Made by a program: the position numbers and the translations under genes
From: Trichoplax sp. H2
Taxonomy: Eukaryota
Length of the DNA: 64,000 bases
Reading direction: 5' to 3'
Assembly (NCBI GenBank): GCA_003344405.1
Contig: NOWV01000113.1
Coordinates: forward strand, 1 to 64,000
Notes under the pieces: model-generated
Databases searched by the model: none
Seen by the model: the letters and a program-made list of their open reading frames with translations, nothing else
What the model was told of the DNA's origin: nothing
In this document: positions 1 to 15,500 of the stretch, piece after piece
Position numbering within the stretch: position 1 is the stretch's first letter
Layout of the letters: each line of letters begins with the position of its first letter

Positions 1-39
1 CTTTTATGAGACTGCTATTGCCATGTCATGATTTCTTAC

Positions 40-3000
40 CGCAGTTACATTCATATAGGCTGCATAGGTTGCATCTGAAAGTTGCCTTCGCTTCTGTATA
101 TTGAATATTTGGCCTAGAACTGAAATTGGGCGCGGTCTGTTAGGTACTACATCCCATTTCTCGTACAAAAATGAGGCCAATTGATTTAGATAAGCCAACG
201 TATAATTTTTGGCAAATTTTCGGCTCAACTGGAGTAAAAAGATATTTATGGAAATCAATGGAATTGTACATGAATAAATGTGCTGTACAGAAGGCACCGA
301 ATGATACTCGTCGCTAAAGAACAGAATACTAATAACTTTAGCATACCCTTTCTTGAATTGAGTTAATATGAATAGATTGGCAAGCACATCGATCGACATT
401 TTCCCAATTTGAAAATATCCCATCGCTATCTTTCTTACATGTCCTTGTTAAATTGCCTACCACTGGATGAGGTGAAAAGGTGGTCTTACATTTGGATAAT
501 TTAGCGACTCCACCGCTTGGTGTACTTGGCCAGATAACGCTGTCTTCTTGAATTGATTTACATGGCGAAGCTTCTATTAACGGTTTGAAAAGCATTACAG
601 AAGTAAGAAACAAGTCGAAATATTTATATCTACACAAATATTGGCATAGTGAATCGGCTTTTGGTAAGTAAACGTATAAATTTCTACTAGCTAGTATGAA
701 TTTTAAATTGACAAAAGCAGTGATAGAGCTTATGAATTTACCAGGAAGCAATTAAATGTGCAAACAGACTTTCTTATAGTTCGGATAAAGGCGTTAATTA
801 TTCTTCTAATACTAAAAAGATTTGTTATACAAACTTACCGTAGCCGGGTGGGCAGCTGTTGGTATTACTACTTCCATCTTGACAACAAACAGCTTTTCTA
901 CCTCCGAGTTTACTAGTAGCATCATTAACCATCATGGCTACAGTCGCCGCATCCTGAAGAATAACAATTAGTTACGGTACAGTTTAATTTAGTTTGCACC
1001 TTAGCGGAGTCTATTCCAGTAAATCTGGGGAAAATTTCGAGTAAAGAATTTATTAATCGATATTCTTACCGAAGAATTACAGGTATTCGTTACTGGAATC
1101 ACATTTCCTATCTCAATGATGCACTAGTTGAAAAGTAAAAGTAAATTGGTAAGTGAATTAAAGAAGTCACCCTATTTCAGTAAAACTGTAGCGATTTAAA
1201 TATGAATAAGTTGATAAGTATGATAGAGCATTTGATATGAGTCAATTTGATAAATGTAAACCGCTATTACCTAAAATTAACTTAATATATTATGGGTATA
1301 ACCATCACTTATTTTACTAAAATTAATAATTTATTTCAATAAAGAAAGGCTTGGTTTGTTTTCATTGGTTAACATTATTTGATTAGTATCCTAATGATGG
1401 AGACAAAGAGTGTTTTAAATTTGATAGCATAGCTATCAACTATGCTTAAATATCGCAATTGATATCCTGCAGATATAATTTAAGCATAGTTATAACTCCT
1501 CTTTGAGAAGGCTATCCTTGGTTACTTCTGTAATTAGTAGAACTTGATACAGGTTAGCGGTTAAGTAACGGATTAAAATCTAAGATAGTAACAGCTCAGA
1601 ATTTCTGTAATCGTATGGAATTCCAAATCTCTAAAGTGTAGTTTCTTCAAGTCAGTTATGTGTAATCTTACTTTTCGTACTTATCTTTAATTTTACCAGT
1701 GTTTATATCTAGTTTTATTTTAAGTATGATTATGTTGCGTCTGTAATAGAACTTAATCTAAGTCTGTTCAGTATATTAATGCGACTGATACTCTTAGAAT
1801 ACATGTAGAAATATAAGTAGTCGGCAAGTGGTTTAGACTACTTTAATCTATCGATCGTAAAGGCATATACCTTGGTAATTTATGATTCTGGTTTTGTATC
1901 GAAATCAAATTAATATTAATTTAGACATACTACTGATACTGAAAAGGAAAGTCAAAATAAATTTTTCTTTGCCAGTTATCATGATCTGGCGCCTTAATAT
2001 TATTTTGAATATCAATTATATGCTTACGCTAGCTATATTATCGGATGACTTTTGATTGACTGCCCCGCTTGCAGCTAGGCTTTGTAGTCCATATTTCAAT
2101 GCTTGAATAGCATCATCGTAAGACAATTTTGGACCATTTATTTTTGGTTTTAAAAGACCGAAAAGCCTGACTTTGGAGTTTAATGTTCTTAAATGGTTGA
2201 GTAGGTCAGCAATTTGAGTGGCATTAGTCGCTCCACTTCTTAATTTCTAGTGCAAATTTAGTAATCAAACTAGAGTTAACATATCGTATATCAATATATA
2301 AATCTTATTTTATAATAAATCGCATTTTATTTATTTTCGCTGTAATACCAAATAACTTAGGATATAGAGGAAATATTTAGGCGCTTTAAAAACTCGAGGC
2401 ATTAATATGGCTTACCTCCAAATCAGTTTTGACTGCGGTAATCGGTATAGACTGGCATTTGCACAAATCAAGTTCGCTGTGGACGAAAACGCAGCCTGGT
2501 TTGCATCGAATTGATACAGATCCGGTGTATTCTAATAGATCAAGAATGATAAGGATAAGATATTATACTTCAATAACAGTGTGTATGTATGCACCGTGAA
2601 CATAGCTAAGTAATATTAATATCGATTTACTTTATGTATACATTTAATTGCGTATATAGTCTACTATCTGTCACTGTGCTAATACATACCAGCTGAATTT
2701 GAAGAAAAATTTTGCAGAGATCTACAAGATTTCGTAAGGGTTTTGGGGGTAGTTAATGGCCTAATAGCTACATATCTAAAGCTTACTCCAGCTATTACTT
2801 CTTGGCAAATGGTTGGTGCTGTTTGAAGAGAAATCATAGCATTGTAACTATCCAAACAATTTTTAATCTATAGATTATATCTATAAGAACTTATGTATTA
2901 TAGTGTAGACTAGATTGTATACTAATTTGCAATATGAACAGAAATGAAATAGTAATTAGTTGTTTTATTTCTGGGATAAGAAAAGCGAAGTATAATATAA

Positions 3001-6000
3001 AAAGCGTAAAGTGGTTTACACATCCTATTACATAGAGTGGTATATTTTTTATAAAATGGTTGCTCTTAGGGATCAGCAGGTAATTTAATACTTTTAAATG
3101 ACTAAAGTTGATTATATCAGCACTAGGTTAGCAAGATAATTTAGAAACAGATCTAAATGAATCGTGAGTAACTCTTCATATTACATTATTCAATGTAATG
3201 CAAGTGCACGTACAGTATTTACCGTGCAGTTATAGATCAACTTTAAAGCTACTTAATTCTACTTATATTATCATATTATTGATTTGACATCAGTAATATC
3301 TCTACAGTGTAGTGGTGCAACAAAGGTATGCTCAATTCTCCACATCTAATATCGGTATTGAATAGATTATGACATCACAAAGTGGGCAATTCACTATGGC
3401 AAGATTATAATATTATTAATAAATTATTGTCGGTATATTTGTAAACGTTAAAAATAATTACTGGTGGATTTAATGTATCTTATTAAATTTTTTAGTAAGG
3501 GATAGTATCTTTATAATTTCTGCGGTATAGAACATAACATGCTTGCTACGGTGTTACCTTACCCATAGGCTAGTTTAATAGTGCAGCAATAGCTAATATG
3601 GAAAATATTCATATTTGTAATGCTACGCTAGGTAAGATAAGTGATGCCTTAACATGGATATTATTTGTGGCAGTTTATTACATATTTGATATTGATTATT
3701 ATTATGTATAGATAGTAGTAAGATGATTCAGGTTCTAACTAATGATTGTTGAACTAAACAATATGCATGCTTAGATTAAGACTAAGTATCAGTAAGAGAT
3801 TAAAAATATTTACTGATAGAAAAGCTATGTGAGGGATATCTTAGTTCGAGATGTCTGTTTAGATAAGGTATAATAATAATAATGTTGTTGTTTACAAATT
3901 AGACGGTTCCTACATAAACGGGTATATTTAAGTTGAATTGTGTAGTGAAAAGTTGTAGATGCATCTATGCTAACGAAAGTTCTATCTTTACTGTACTTTG
4001 CTGTTTGTGTTTAAGGTTTAGTAAAAGGTAGTTACTTATAGACTATTACTGTACGTTTCCTTGTCGTAGAATTTAAATTGTGACTATGCTGCATACCTAA
4101 GCATGTGTGTACTTATTCGCTTAAGTCTAAAGTGTATTTCTACAACAGCCCTATGAATAGATAGTTGCGTTGAATATTCAGGATAAATAAGATGATGTTA
4201 ATTATTATTGGTCAATTTAATAAAGTTATTAAATAACTGCTGATCGATTTAAGGACATCTTATTATAAATAGTTATGATATTCGTAACTTCCTAAACAAG
4301 TAGATAATTAAGATTCTAGGATTTGATATAGAACAGTGATTGTTATGTTAATGAACTATGCACAACATTATTATTAAACGTACTTCATGTTTACTGCAAT
4401 TATGAATGATGGCTAAACAATTCGTGATGACGTGATATAGTCGCGATATTTATTGATATGGGCTATTGTTGAATATAATATATCAATTAAGCCTACTCTA
4501 TTCAGCTATTATATCCGAAAGAACTGTTTAGGTCAACATCATAATATGTTATTATCATACTTTATCGACAAGACGATTATAACTAATCTACGCGTATTTC
4601 ATCCTGATGCACAGGATAAATACGTAGAGGTTAGGCTAATTTTTAAAAAGAATACTGATAATACTAGAACTATTCATTGATCGTAAAATTTCCCATGGAT
4701 TGTGTATGTTAATTAATTCAATTGAATACAGCGACGAATAATGGAATTAGTGATATTGATCTTAGGTAAACGAATATTATTATCTTTGTAGTGTCCCTCC
4801 TATCTAAAAAATTCATCATTAGCGGACTCTACTAGGAGATATTATATCATGATCCATAAATTACCGAAGTAAGCCAAGTCATTATCCTATCCTTTGCACT
4901 AAGAATGAATTTACAATCTAAACTATCAGCTCACAAAGTTATGACCGTTGACTTTCATTTAATCAAGTATTAGTCGAACATTTAGTAGATTAGAACATGT
5001 TTAGACTTCAAGAGTTGAGAATTTCTTTCTCCGTACTTTGATCAAAGCAGCTGATATTAATTTAGGCTTTGTGTAACGGATGGGTAAAGAAACGATGCTG
5101 CTTATTTTAAATAATTCACAACCACCTAAGATTTTTGCATTCCAGTAAGGTTTCATAATTAGAATATAACGTCATAGTCAATTCGTATTATAGCCACCCA
5201 ACATCAAATCGACTGTAATCGATGGTGTAGCTTTCATTATTAATCAGAATGAAAATTAAATCTTTATGTTTGCAAGAAAAATATAATCAAAGAGCGCAGA
5301 TTAACTTTCCTTCTTAGATTAATGTGGGTTAATTAGGTTAACCAAGGCTGAAATTTCTTTGCTACCAATAACAAATTTCAACACTATATCTAGATTAATC
5401 CTCATTAAACATTTAAATTGACTGTAAAATATTGAAAAATAGAATAATCGTACATCATCATACAGTAGTAATGCCTGTAACTATTATCGATGTGGAACGA
5501 GATTAAATTGAATTTCTTTAGCATGAATATCTTCTACTTCTTCATTTAAATCCTTCATGGCTACCATCACAATCGGCATGTATAGATAGAACGTGAACAA
5601 TGTCGATTTCTATTAACTAATTAGATAAAGTAGCTTGTTTATGGTATCAAAGCGGTTATAATTTCATAAATTATAAAATTGAATAGTTCTCTTGTAGTTA
5701 ATTCAATAGGAACAAGAACGAGAATATTTTTAGGTCTGTCGGTTCTTTGTCGCTAATATTTAATTTTATTAATAGCCTTAACGTAAAATATCCACAACAT
5801 TTTACGTCTGGGGTACCAGTAATAAATAAAAAGAAAATCAAGATCAAAGTAGGAGTTTCGTCATGATATTCAGTTTCCTGACGTGAATACTTTATTCTCA
5901 CACGTCATTGCCTGAGGGTAAAAGCTGTTGTGACGATAGCCTGAGCATACTTTAGTAGGTAACAATCTTGTAAGATTAACTTTAAAGTTCATAAAGCTAT

Positions 6001-7160
6001 TTTTGTTACTAGAGCATAAATGAAATGTAATTATAAAACAAAATTAATTGTCATCTGAATAAATTAAGATTTATTACACGATTAATCAGTCATTCATGAT
6101 CGCAATTAATAAGCAGAGTCCTTCGATATAGTTTCTAAACTCTTATAATTTATAACGCCAATCTTTGCTATGATTGAAGTTATTGATTAAGAAATCTGAT
6201 CTCTTTTTGATGACGAGATAAATTTATGGATCGTAATTATTATCACAATTTAGCATTTATATTATGAAATTTATCTATATTTTAAATAGTTTATATGAAG
6301 CTGAAATATTTTATTAATATGCTTAATTAATCTGTCGTTGTTACTAGTCTATTTACACCTCATCTATCGCAGTCTGTAATTTTAAAGTTAGTTAACCAGA
6401 AACAGCCTCATTTACTATTATTATTAGGCGCTACGGTAAGCGCTATTGATCATTTAGCCTATTCTCTCGTAATTGATAGAAGGCAAATATAATTTTTTAT
6501 CATATGCAACCTATAGGGAATATTGCTCTTGCACACATGATAAAAATCTGGAGTCTAGTGAGATCATAAACATTATTATTAATGAATGTTAGTGTATAAA
6601 GTCATTATGTTTTATATTCTTGATAAACGATACAGAAGAATAACTGTTAAGGTTGAGCTACATAATTTCGAGAAACTATCATTCTAAGGCTGATATCGAT
6701 TATGAATCTTTGCCAAACCTAAAGCTATATTAACTATAGATAGTGAAATACTTATGCAAAATGATAAATGTTGTCAGCACATCTGCGTCCAGTTAAAGTA
6801 TCTATCTGTTAATCAACTCTGAAAGGGTTGATAAAAGTTATAATTTATACTTTGGGGATTCTTTATTGTAGATATAAAGACGGCGATCGTTTGATTAGCG
6901 ACCGTTAGCGAAGGTAAAAAATGTAACTCGTACTGTTAGCAAATGAAACTCCGTTTCTCATCGAGATGATTTATTAATGTTATTTAGAAGTTCACGTAAG
7001 CTTGATATTAATTACAGAAGTTGATCTATGATTCTATAGACAATATGTCGACTCATAAATAGTAGGATTATACTCGATTTAATTCGAACTTACCAGCCGT
7101 AGACACGGATAAAAAGAAAAGGAAAACCAAGATCGTCAACTTGTATGATTTGAACGTCAT
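40..7160 (-). CDS. Secreted or cell-surface protein with two HormR (HRM)-like Cys domains, each followed by a helical segment; adhesion/secretin-family GPCR-like ectodomain (partial, continues past the left edge)
   Basis: Phase-compatible GT-AG exons on the minus strand: 7160-7094 (signal peptide MTFKSYKLTILVFLFFLSVSTA), 2818-2690, 2531-2416, 2246-2028, 1123-1070, 953-839, 573-347, 228-40. Exon 573-347 reads CKSIQEDSVIWPSTPSGGVAKLSKC...GNLTRTCKKDSDGIFSNWENVDRCAC, matching the HRM C-WP-C-G-RxC-W-D-C pattern. No GPS or 7TM is visible in the window, and the link to the first exon across a 4.3 kb intron is less certain. Confidence 0.7.
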
Positions 7161-9587
7161 TTTAATTTTGATGCTTCTTGAATACCTTCCAGAATGAACG
7201 AATTAAACGAAATTATGATATTCCAATGATGCTTGAAAATAGGATATTATTTGTTGTAGTTTCGTTGTCGTTACTTAATATAAGGTAACGATAACCAGGA
7301 AGAAATGACTATCGCATAAGATCCGTATAAGACTTGAATAATTTTCAAGAATAATTTTTATTGGCTTGCTGTATTAAAATTAAAGGCCTTGATGTATAGA
7401 ACAATTTTTAACTTGTTCTTAATCCTGGAAAATTAGCACAGAATGATTAAAATTTCTATGAGTATTTAATAAAATCGCCGATATCTAGATGAGTTGTAAG
7501 TTCGCAAGTTTATTTTAATCTTCTCGAGCCTGATACCGATGGTGTTAGTCGATTACGGTACGCAATAATCAAAAAAGTGAGAGCTACCCCACCCCGTACA
7601 TCAACCTCAAGGTATCTATAGAATCTATTTAAAGCACAAAGTCCAAGTGATTATAATATAGAAATGCGTTCGCGACCTTGACAAGGTGAAAGCATGAAAT
7701 CATTCTGTCAATAGATTGAGGTAATGATCAATCACGTGAGCTATGCCTCTTTCGAGAACCATGATTAATTAATAGCTAAATTTGGATTAATTGAACCACT
7801 GAATATTAAATAGATTAGAATTGGTTAATTGGCGTCAATATTATCTATTCAGGCTACACCTTGGATTGACATTATCTTACATACATCGTGTTATTTAAAT
7901 TTAACATTTAACAATGGCGTAACTCAAATTTAAGGAAGTTCTAAAGTGTCGAATTATTCGACGTCACTAATAGGAATGTTAATGTAATTCAATTCAATCC
8001 TATCTCGAAGAGTTGATTGACCTCTAGTTATTTGGCTCGCTAGGAAAAGATAATATTAAGTTAGCGCAAGCAAAGGCTACCATAGGTAATAATTAATTGC
8101 AATAATAATTATTTTTGATATTAATCTAGGTTCTTTTATTATTTATTAGTGTTAATGGTCCAAGATGTTGTCATGGTCACATTCCTGTATTTAGACTGAC
8201 TTATAATATCTGTTGCAACTGTATCGAAAGTAGCGATTTATTATCAATAAATATTTTTTGTCTCACGACGCTAATTTCACTAGAGATTGTAATAAACATA
8301 TAAAATTATAGAATACGATGTGTGCTTACCTTATGTAAAGATTAGACTGGCTGCAAATCTACTAGCAGTATATTTAGGGTTATTTGGAAGATACATGCTT
8401 ATACGTAGATATAGTTAAGATTCTGCGCTAAATTAACAATCTTATTTCTAGTTAAACTACGTCTACCTCTGTTAGTGACATACTTGAGCTTATAGACAAA
8501 CAATATCGGTTTACAACGCCAAAATTTTAACAGCAATTTACTAACTTAATAAAGCGAAAAGAAACTTGTATGTGAACTTCTGGCAATGAATAGAATTGAT
8601 TGCACTTTTTTCAGTAGCAAATTTAGACACGCATTATTAGTATTACTTCTAAAGATCTTACAAAGGTTAAAGACGTTATCGAATTATAGTAGAATTTCTA
8701 TACAAAGTAGTAGAAATTAATATTACATTAGTTGCCTTTTGTCGATGGTATATGGAATTTAGACATGTTAAGGAGTATTTACTAGTACAGTAATATAGCC
8801 AAAGCTGTCGAAGATACAGATGCTGGATATAACGAACTTGGGCGCAGCATAAACTAGTTATACTTTATCAATAGCTTATTAGCAAGATATACAGAGGTAA
8901 CTAATATTCCCTCGGTTAAGGCCATGATTAAGATTGAACGATATCGATCATAGAAATAAAAGACTGATGAGCTGTACGATAAACAGCAGTATAAGCCGAA
9001 TGATTCTAATTTATCTAGGGCTTATTTACTACTTATCTATAGTAATGGGTTAGCATACTGATGTTGTCTGGCATATTATATTCCGTAAAGACTTCCCTAA
9101 AGATTTTAGCCAAACCAATAAACGGAAGCATAGGGCTTTATTCAATTATAAACGAGAATAAAGAATGTAATGATTTATTTTCTGTCTCTATTATTATTCT
9201 CCAGACGAAACATATATTTTAATGGCTTACTATAATAGGATCACAACGTTATTGTATACTATATAATAGAGATCAACTATATCGTGCCCTATTCTTGAGT
9301 CATCTCGATTCTATTATTCATTCCTGTATATTATTGAAATTGCTTTAAAATCCTAAACACCGTATCTTCTATTACACAAATTTCTGGCACGCGATTAAGT
9401 GCGTTTGTATATTTGCTAATAATTTCGTTGCAGTGAGCAAGAATTGTCGACTTAACCAAGATTAGACAAAGTCTTACCGTCAACAAGTGGACTATCGGGT
9501 GTCAGAACTAGATGATCTAAAACTATACTGTAGTAAACAGACACATGAAGAAGTAACGTTATACGTGATAGGCAATCTACTTGAAAG

Positions 9588-12500
9588 ATGGATCCATCGG
9601 TTTTTTATAATACATCAATGTTTTTAATTTTAATTTTTCTATCTAACCCTATTCAAAGCGAGATCTTTACTGCAACGAATGATATCGAAAAGCTAATCGA
9701 TTCCGAAATAAACCTATATAATGAGGTCGATAGTTATATTAAGAAACAACAAGATAGTTTAGCACAAATGAGAAATTTGTTAGATAACGTCAAGTCAAAA
9801 ATGGAGAAAGTCGGTTTAAAAGGTTACGAACAAGGAAAACATCCGTTAGCTATATATTTTCTGGTAAAGCGATTTTTAACTAATTGGAAAGCAGTAGGCA
9901 ACAGGATACAAAAAGAGGCTACATTTAAAGGTTATAACATAGATATAGCCTAGTACCTGTCGATAATACATCTAGAAGAACTTTAGTTTAATTAATCTAA
10001 CTACGGACTACGAAAGTTATCTTCGAAATAATTCGCAAAATCTTTTAAATTAATGCACGTATGAAGTAGAGGCTGATTTAATATCTAGCATCTATTCTAT
10101 AGTAACCATTTATTTGTTATCTTGAGTTACCTTTGTAAACAACGCAGCTATTTTCATTTCCGTAGAAAAGTAGACTTCTTTACCATAATTAAGCTGCTTA
10201 ATGCAATGCAATATTGTATACGAGATAAGTCATTCAATCTAGATTACAGTAAATAATGTTCGCGTCGTAAAGATTACTGAATCTAGTAGTAACGATCCGT
10301 AACGAGACATAATCATAGAGAAATAAGTTCTGTCGCAGTCGTAGAAGTAGCATAAATTCAGATTGTCTAAATTTCGTTTTTTAGACTTGTCCGCATTAGA
10401 AAATCTTGTAACTTTTAGTACGCTAACGTATTCGATAAATTATAAACTGAGATATAATTAAATTACACTTAAACTAATATTCGAGCAATAGAAGTATTTA
10501 TTCGCAAGAGATCTAGATTCGGCTTAGTCTGATCAGAAAAGTCCGTTACATTCTTATATGTTAGAAAACATCATCTCTATTACTGCTTCCTCTTTTTATA
10601 CTTAATTGATGTGATATGCAACAGCTAACTTAATTTGTATCACTTTGGGTCTTCCTTACCGATTATATTTCTTAGACAAATTTTTGGAAACATTTGCTCA
10701 CTACAATAGTACGTTTCCAAACCTTAAAGATCTAGAAGGATCAGCTAATGGACTCTCACGATTACAAGAAGTCTATCAACTAAACAGAAATGATCTACTC
10801 GACGGAAAAATAAATGGAGGCTCTCATCTTGGTATAAAATTCAATTGGTTTGACTGCTTTACTATTGGTTTAGCTTCTTACAAGGGGAGATACTTCCAGC
10901 AAAGCTATGAGTGGATGAAGATTGTGTATAATAGTAAAGACCCTACAATATCGAGTAATCAGCGCATTAGAGCCCTAAATTATTTGGCTTCCTCTGCTTA
11001 CCGAGTACGTTTATAAATAAAACACTTGCTTGACTAAGATAATTAATTAAAATATGTCGATAAATTAGTGTTCCTATTGTGATAATGGGAAATGAATCAA
11101 GGAACGGCACTAGATTTATTAGATATGCTATATATTTGAATATTTGGACAAGAAGATTTTGCACATGTTGAGTAAAGTACTAAAGCAGTTAAGAGTAGGT
11201 TAAGGAAAGCAAAAGTGGTAATAAGATTAAGCTGATTGTAATTTTAAATTATAATTGTTTAATTTAGTAAAATATATAGATATCAGTAAGCTTCAATAAT
11301 AATGGGTAAATTAGTAGAAATTAGTTTTGCTTTTCGTTCATCTCATACGATGAATACTTCGTAACAAATTATTTCGAGAAGTGTTTTACTCGTGCATTTA
11401 GATCATGATAGCAGAGAACCAGTTACTAATACTTCATGCGAAAGAAGCAGCCAATGTCATTTCGTTTAGAATATTTTGTTGATAGATAAATTGATAACGG
11501 AAAAGCCAGACGATATGATATTAAAATCTGCATATTCTCTGTAATTCTAGATTAACAAGATTCAAGAAGCCATCAATTTAACGCAGACATTGTTAAAACT
11601 TAGTAAGTTGCACATTCAGCTGAAACTTCTTGAAATTGTTGATTACTTCTAGTAAGCAGATTAATCCTGAAATCTGACAGATATTATTAACATTAAATTT
11701 GTGCCATAGATTAGATTCAACTTATTCTTTATATTTAGATCCAGAGCATAAGACAGCAAAGAAATATCTGAATATCTATGAGAAACGTTTGAATACATCT
11801 ACAAAGGAGAAGTCGACAGAAGATTTAGACGATGACAATGATGACGAAAAGGATTTCAAGCAGATCTTCAATTCTTATAAAGAATTATGTCGAGGCAATG
11901 TTAATCAAAAGGTACACAATTTCTCATTTTCGTATAAATTGAACGCTGTAATAGTTTCTAAAATACATTTATATACCTTATTTATTACGGAAGTATTTCA
12001 AAAGTGCAATCATATTAAGTCGATGTTATATTATAAAATTAAAACATATTGATAGCAATACTAAACTTTAATAGTTTTTGCTAATATAGTAACGATTTTG
12101 TAATAGAAATAGATTTCTTTTCAGTTATTGTATGGAATAATTTGTGGGAAGTGGTATCTAGCGATACAATATAGTTCTCTACAACATGGTTATCAAATTT
12201 ACTTGTATATAATTAATTAATCTTGTCTATAGCTGCGTATATTGACATATTTATTTATCATTGAAGATATACGAGTACCGTACTGCTTAATAGAATATTT
12301 ATAAACGAAGATTAAAATTTTAATTTCATTTAACGGCGCTAATTAACTCGAATTGTTGGATTTAGACTGGTGCCGATGTTAAATTGAATAATCAACTGAA
12401 TTGCTATCAAGATTATCGAAATCCTCGATTACTGTTTTCTCCTTTAAATGTAGAAGTCTTGAGTCTACAGCCGTATATCGTAATTTATCATAATTTGTTG

Positions 12501-15500
12501 ACTAATTCAGAAGTGGTATTGTTAAAAACTCTAGCTAGCCCACTGGTAAGCACTATCATTAATAGTAAGAAATGCTCATACTATGGTACAAATACTGCAA
12601 TTTTGTACTTGAAATAAATCAACTGCTATTGTACTATCTCGATAATTATAGCAGTTCTAGATCGTAATTAAATCTCAAGTTATTGTAAAATTACTTAAAC
12701 TGAATAGTAATATTTCAACTTATCTATTTACACTGTGCTCGTGTAATATATCTCTAAAAGAAGTAAACAGGATAGACTGTGTTTTACTATCATATAATTA
12801 CTCAACTCAAGGCGAACATTTTTTATGATCTACTTCATAGTTAAAACGGGCTGTTGTAGTTGGTAAACCTGATAAAGAATATGGTGAAGAAACAACTTAT
12901 CGAATAAGCAAAACGTAAATACTGTTCGTAAAAGATCTGTTATATTCTAGCCTAACTATGATTAAAATTCCAGTATGACGATATAAATCTCTTAAATGTG
13001 CAATCATTCCTGGACAAATCAATTTTTTTTAATAACTATTATGTTTCCTTATTAGGGCTTGGCTAGATAAGGAAGACCATCCTGCAGTCAAGAGAATAAC
13101 TACATTAATAGGGGATATCATTGGCCTTACTTCTGAAACAGCTGAGCCACTACAAGTATTGATTGATACTGATATGTTGATATTAGAATTACAGCTTTGT
13201 GATGAGACATTTACTTTAATTTGGCATTACCTGTAATTAAAAATGTAATAATCTCGATATTAATGTGGCTATAGATCGCAAACTACGGTATCGGAGGACA
13301 CTATGAACCGCACTTAGATTTCATAGAATCTGAAGTAGGTACACTATTTATCTCTATAGTACGGAATAAATTAGTTGCTTAACTACAGATATAACAATAT
13401 AAATCAAAAGTTAAATTCGAACAGCTTCTATTTTAAAATACGGTACGTACAGCTGTTCGAAAATGAAATTAGTTAAATGTGGGCTATATTGATAACTTTC
13501 CTTTTTTAGTTCGATTTTAGATGTTTGTCTGTCACATCAAATACACTATTCCATATTACTAGTTATACTATTAATGATGGATATGTCTACTTTTCGTATT
13601 ACTTACCATTTTATGCCATTAATGAGCATAATACGGCCGAAGCTCGAAATTAGTCAATATTCATAATCGTTTTTGAATTTGCAAATCGAAACATTTTGTA
13701 TTAGTAATTAAAGTATAAACATTGTTAAGTAAATGTCTCTTTTAAATTTAAAGTATATTTACTTATTTACAAACTTTAAAATTACTATTACGAAAGGTTT
13801 AGTATATTTTTAGTATATTGGAATATGCCGGTCAGCTATCACTATTATATTATAGACTGCCTGTTCATTTCGAACGGGTATCTCAGCTAGTGTGATATAA
13901 TTTAATTAGGTCGTACTTACATAGAGGCACATCGCAGTATAAGGCATTTATAGGTGTAGAAATGTCATGTGGAACTAGTATAGTTAGATTGCTATTGCCA
14001 TGCATGATAGGAATTCTCACTAATTACAGTAACGTGTATTTAATGTGACAAACCTTTATATACTCAATAACCTAAGCTTGAGCGGTTGATTTATACAAAA
14101 AATAGATTAAGGGCCGTCCCTACATTTGGTAATATCGATTGCTATTGCAAAGTGTAATTGTAATAACTAATAATTGCTTGACTATCTAAGAATAGCAAAT
14201 GGCCCTATATGAAATAATGTACAGTAATAGTAAAAATGCCCAACGCTTCGATATGTTAAACGTTAGTTAAGAATAATCGTATTATTAGCTGTTAATTATA
14301 CGATTCTGTAATTAGAATACTGCAAACAAAGGACCTTTAAATTTTATCTAGACTTACACTATTACTTTATGAGAATTGGATAGAATAGGTAGATAGTTTA
14401 TTACTGTAGATAAATCGCATTTAAAATATGTTATCGGCGAACTTTAAGCTATACGATTCGCTCTAGTTTTGATTAATGCATGCCTAAAAATCGAAGTTTA
14501 TCGGTGCTTATAGTCATAGAAATTTGCCTTAGACACACCATAATACCATAATACTAACTTGACCTCTGACTTGTCATTAACAGACATTATTACATTCTAT
14601 GGATAATAGTGTTTAATCATCTACTATCTTGCATACAATTACATTTATGAACTGATGCAAAATATTTTGTGTTTATAACTTTAAAATATTAAAATAATTG
14701 GATTCATGATATTGACAATGAAATCATTAGTAGAATTACTTCGCACTAAACTAAATTTATAGCTGCATTATACCCTTCAAATCATTCTAACTTTTTACGA
14801 TTTCGCAATAATTATCGCCTACAGCCTTAGCAATACAGATGATATGCTATATAATATTTAAATCGCACTACTAACTAAGACTACTGCCTAGTGCAGATTC
14901 GAATTTATCAAATTCAGATTTAATGCTATACTCTTGTATTATCACTAAAATGAATTATGAACTCTTTTACTCGCATTGATTATTAACTAGACATTAATAC
15001 ATTTATGTTATTTATTTCTTGATAGTTCGAAATCATTTAATGTATGTTATTGAATCGATTTGATTATAATAGGATAAAGAAGCCCTATCAGAATACACTA
15101 GTAGAATCGGGAATCGAATTGCTACTGTACTTATTTATGTAAGTTATATGTGGTGATTTATGTCGGTGTATCCAGAAATATTATCAAAGTATTAGTCTTG
15201 CAGTTTTTTATTAATTTGAATATTTATTTACATATGTAGCTAAGCAATGTAGAAGCAGGTGGAGCAACTGTTTTTCCAAAGGCTGGTGTAAGAGTTGAAC
15301 CTCGTCAAGTAATCTGCAAATTATGATATAAATAACTAGATTGATTTATATTTTCGATATTAGATTTGCAACGCTGTATCGCTTATAGCAGTTCTTAGAT
15401 AATATCAGAAATATTAAAGATGTTATAGATTAATACAATAATCACAATATAGGGTAGCGCTGCCTTCTGGTATAACATGCATCGCAACGGTGAAGGCAAT

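Noticed and set aside
4453-4680. 75-aa plus-strand ORF
   Set aside because: Low-complexity AT-rich translation with a non-ATG start, antisense within an intron.
13416-13461. 11-bp inverted repeat TTCGAACAGCT / AGCTGTTCGAA
   Set aside because: Short and isolated, with no target-site duplication or second copy seen.
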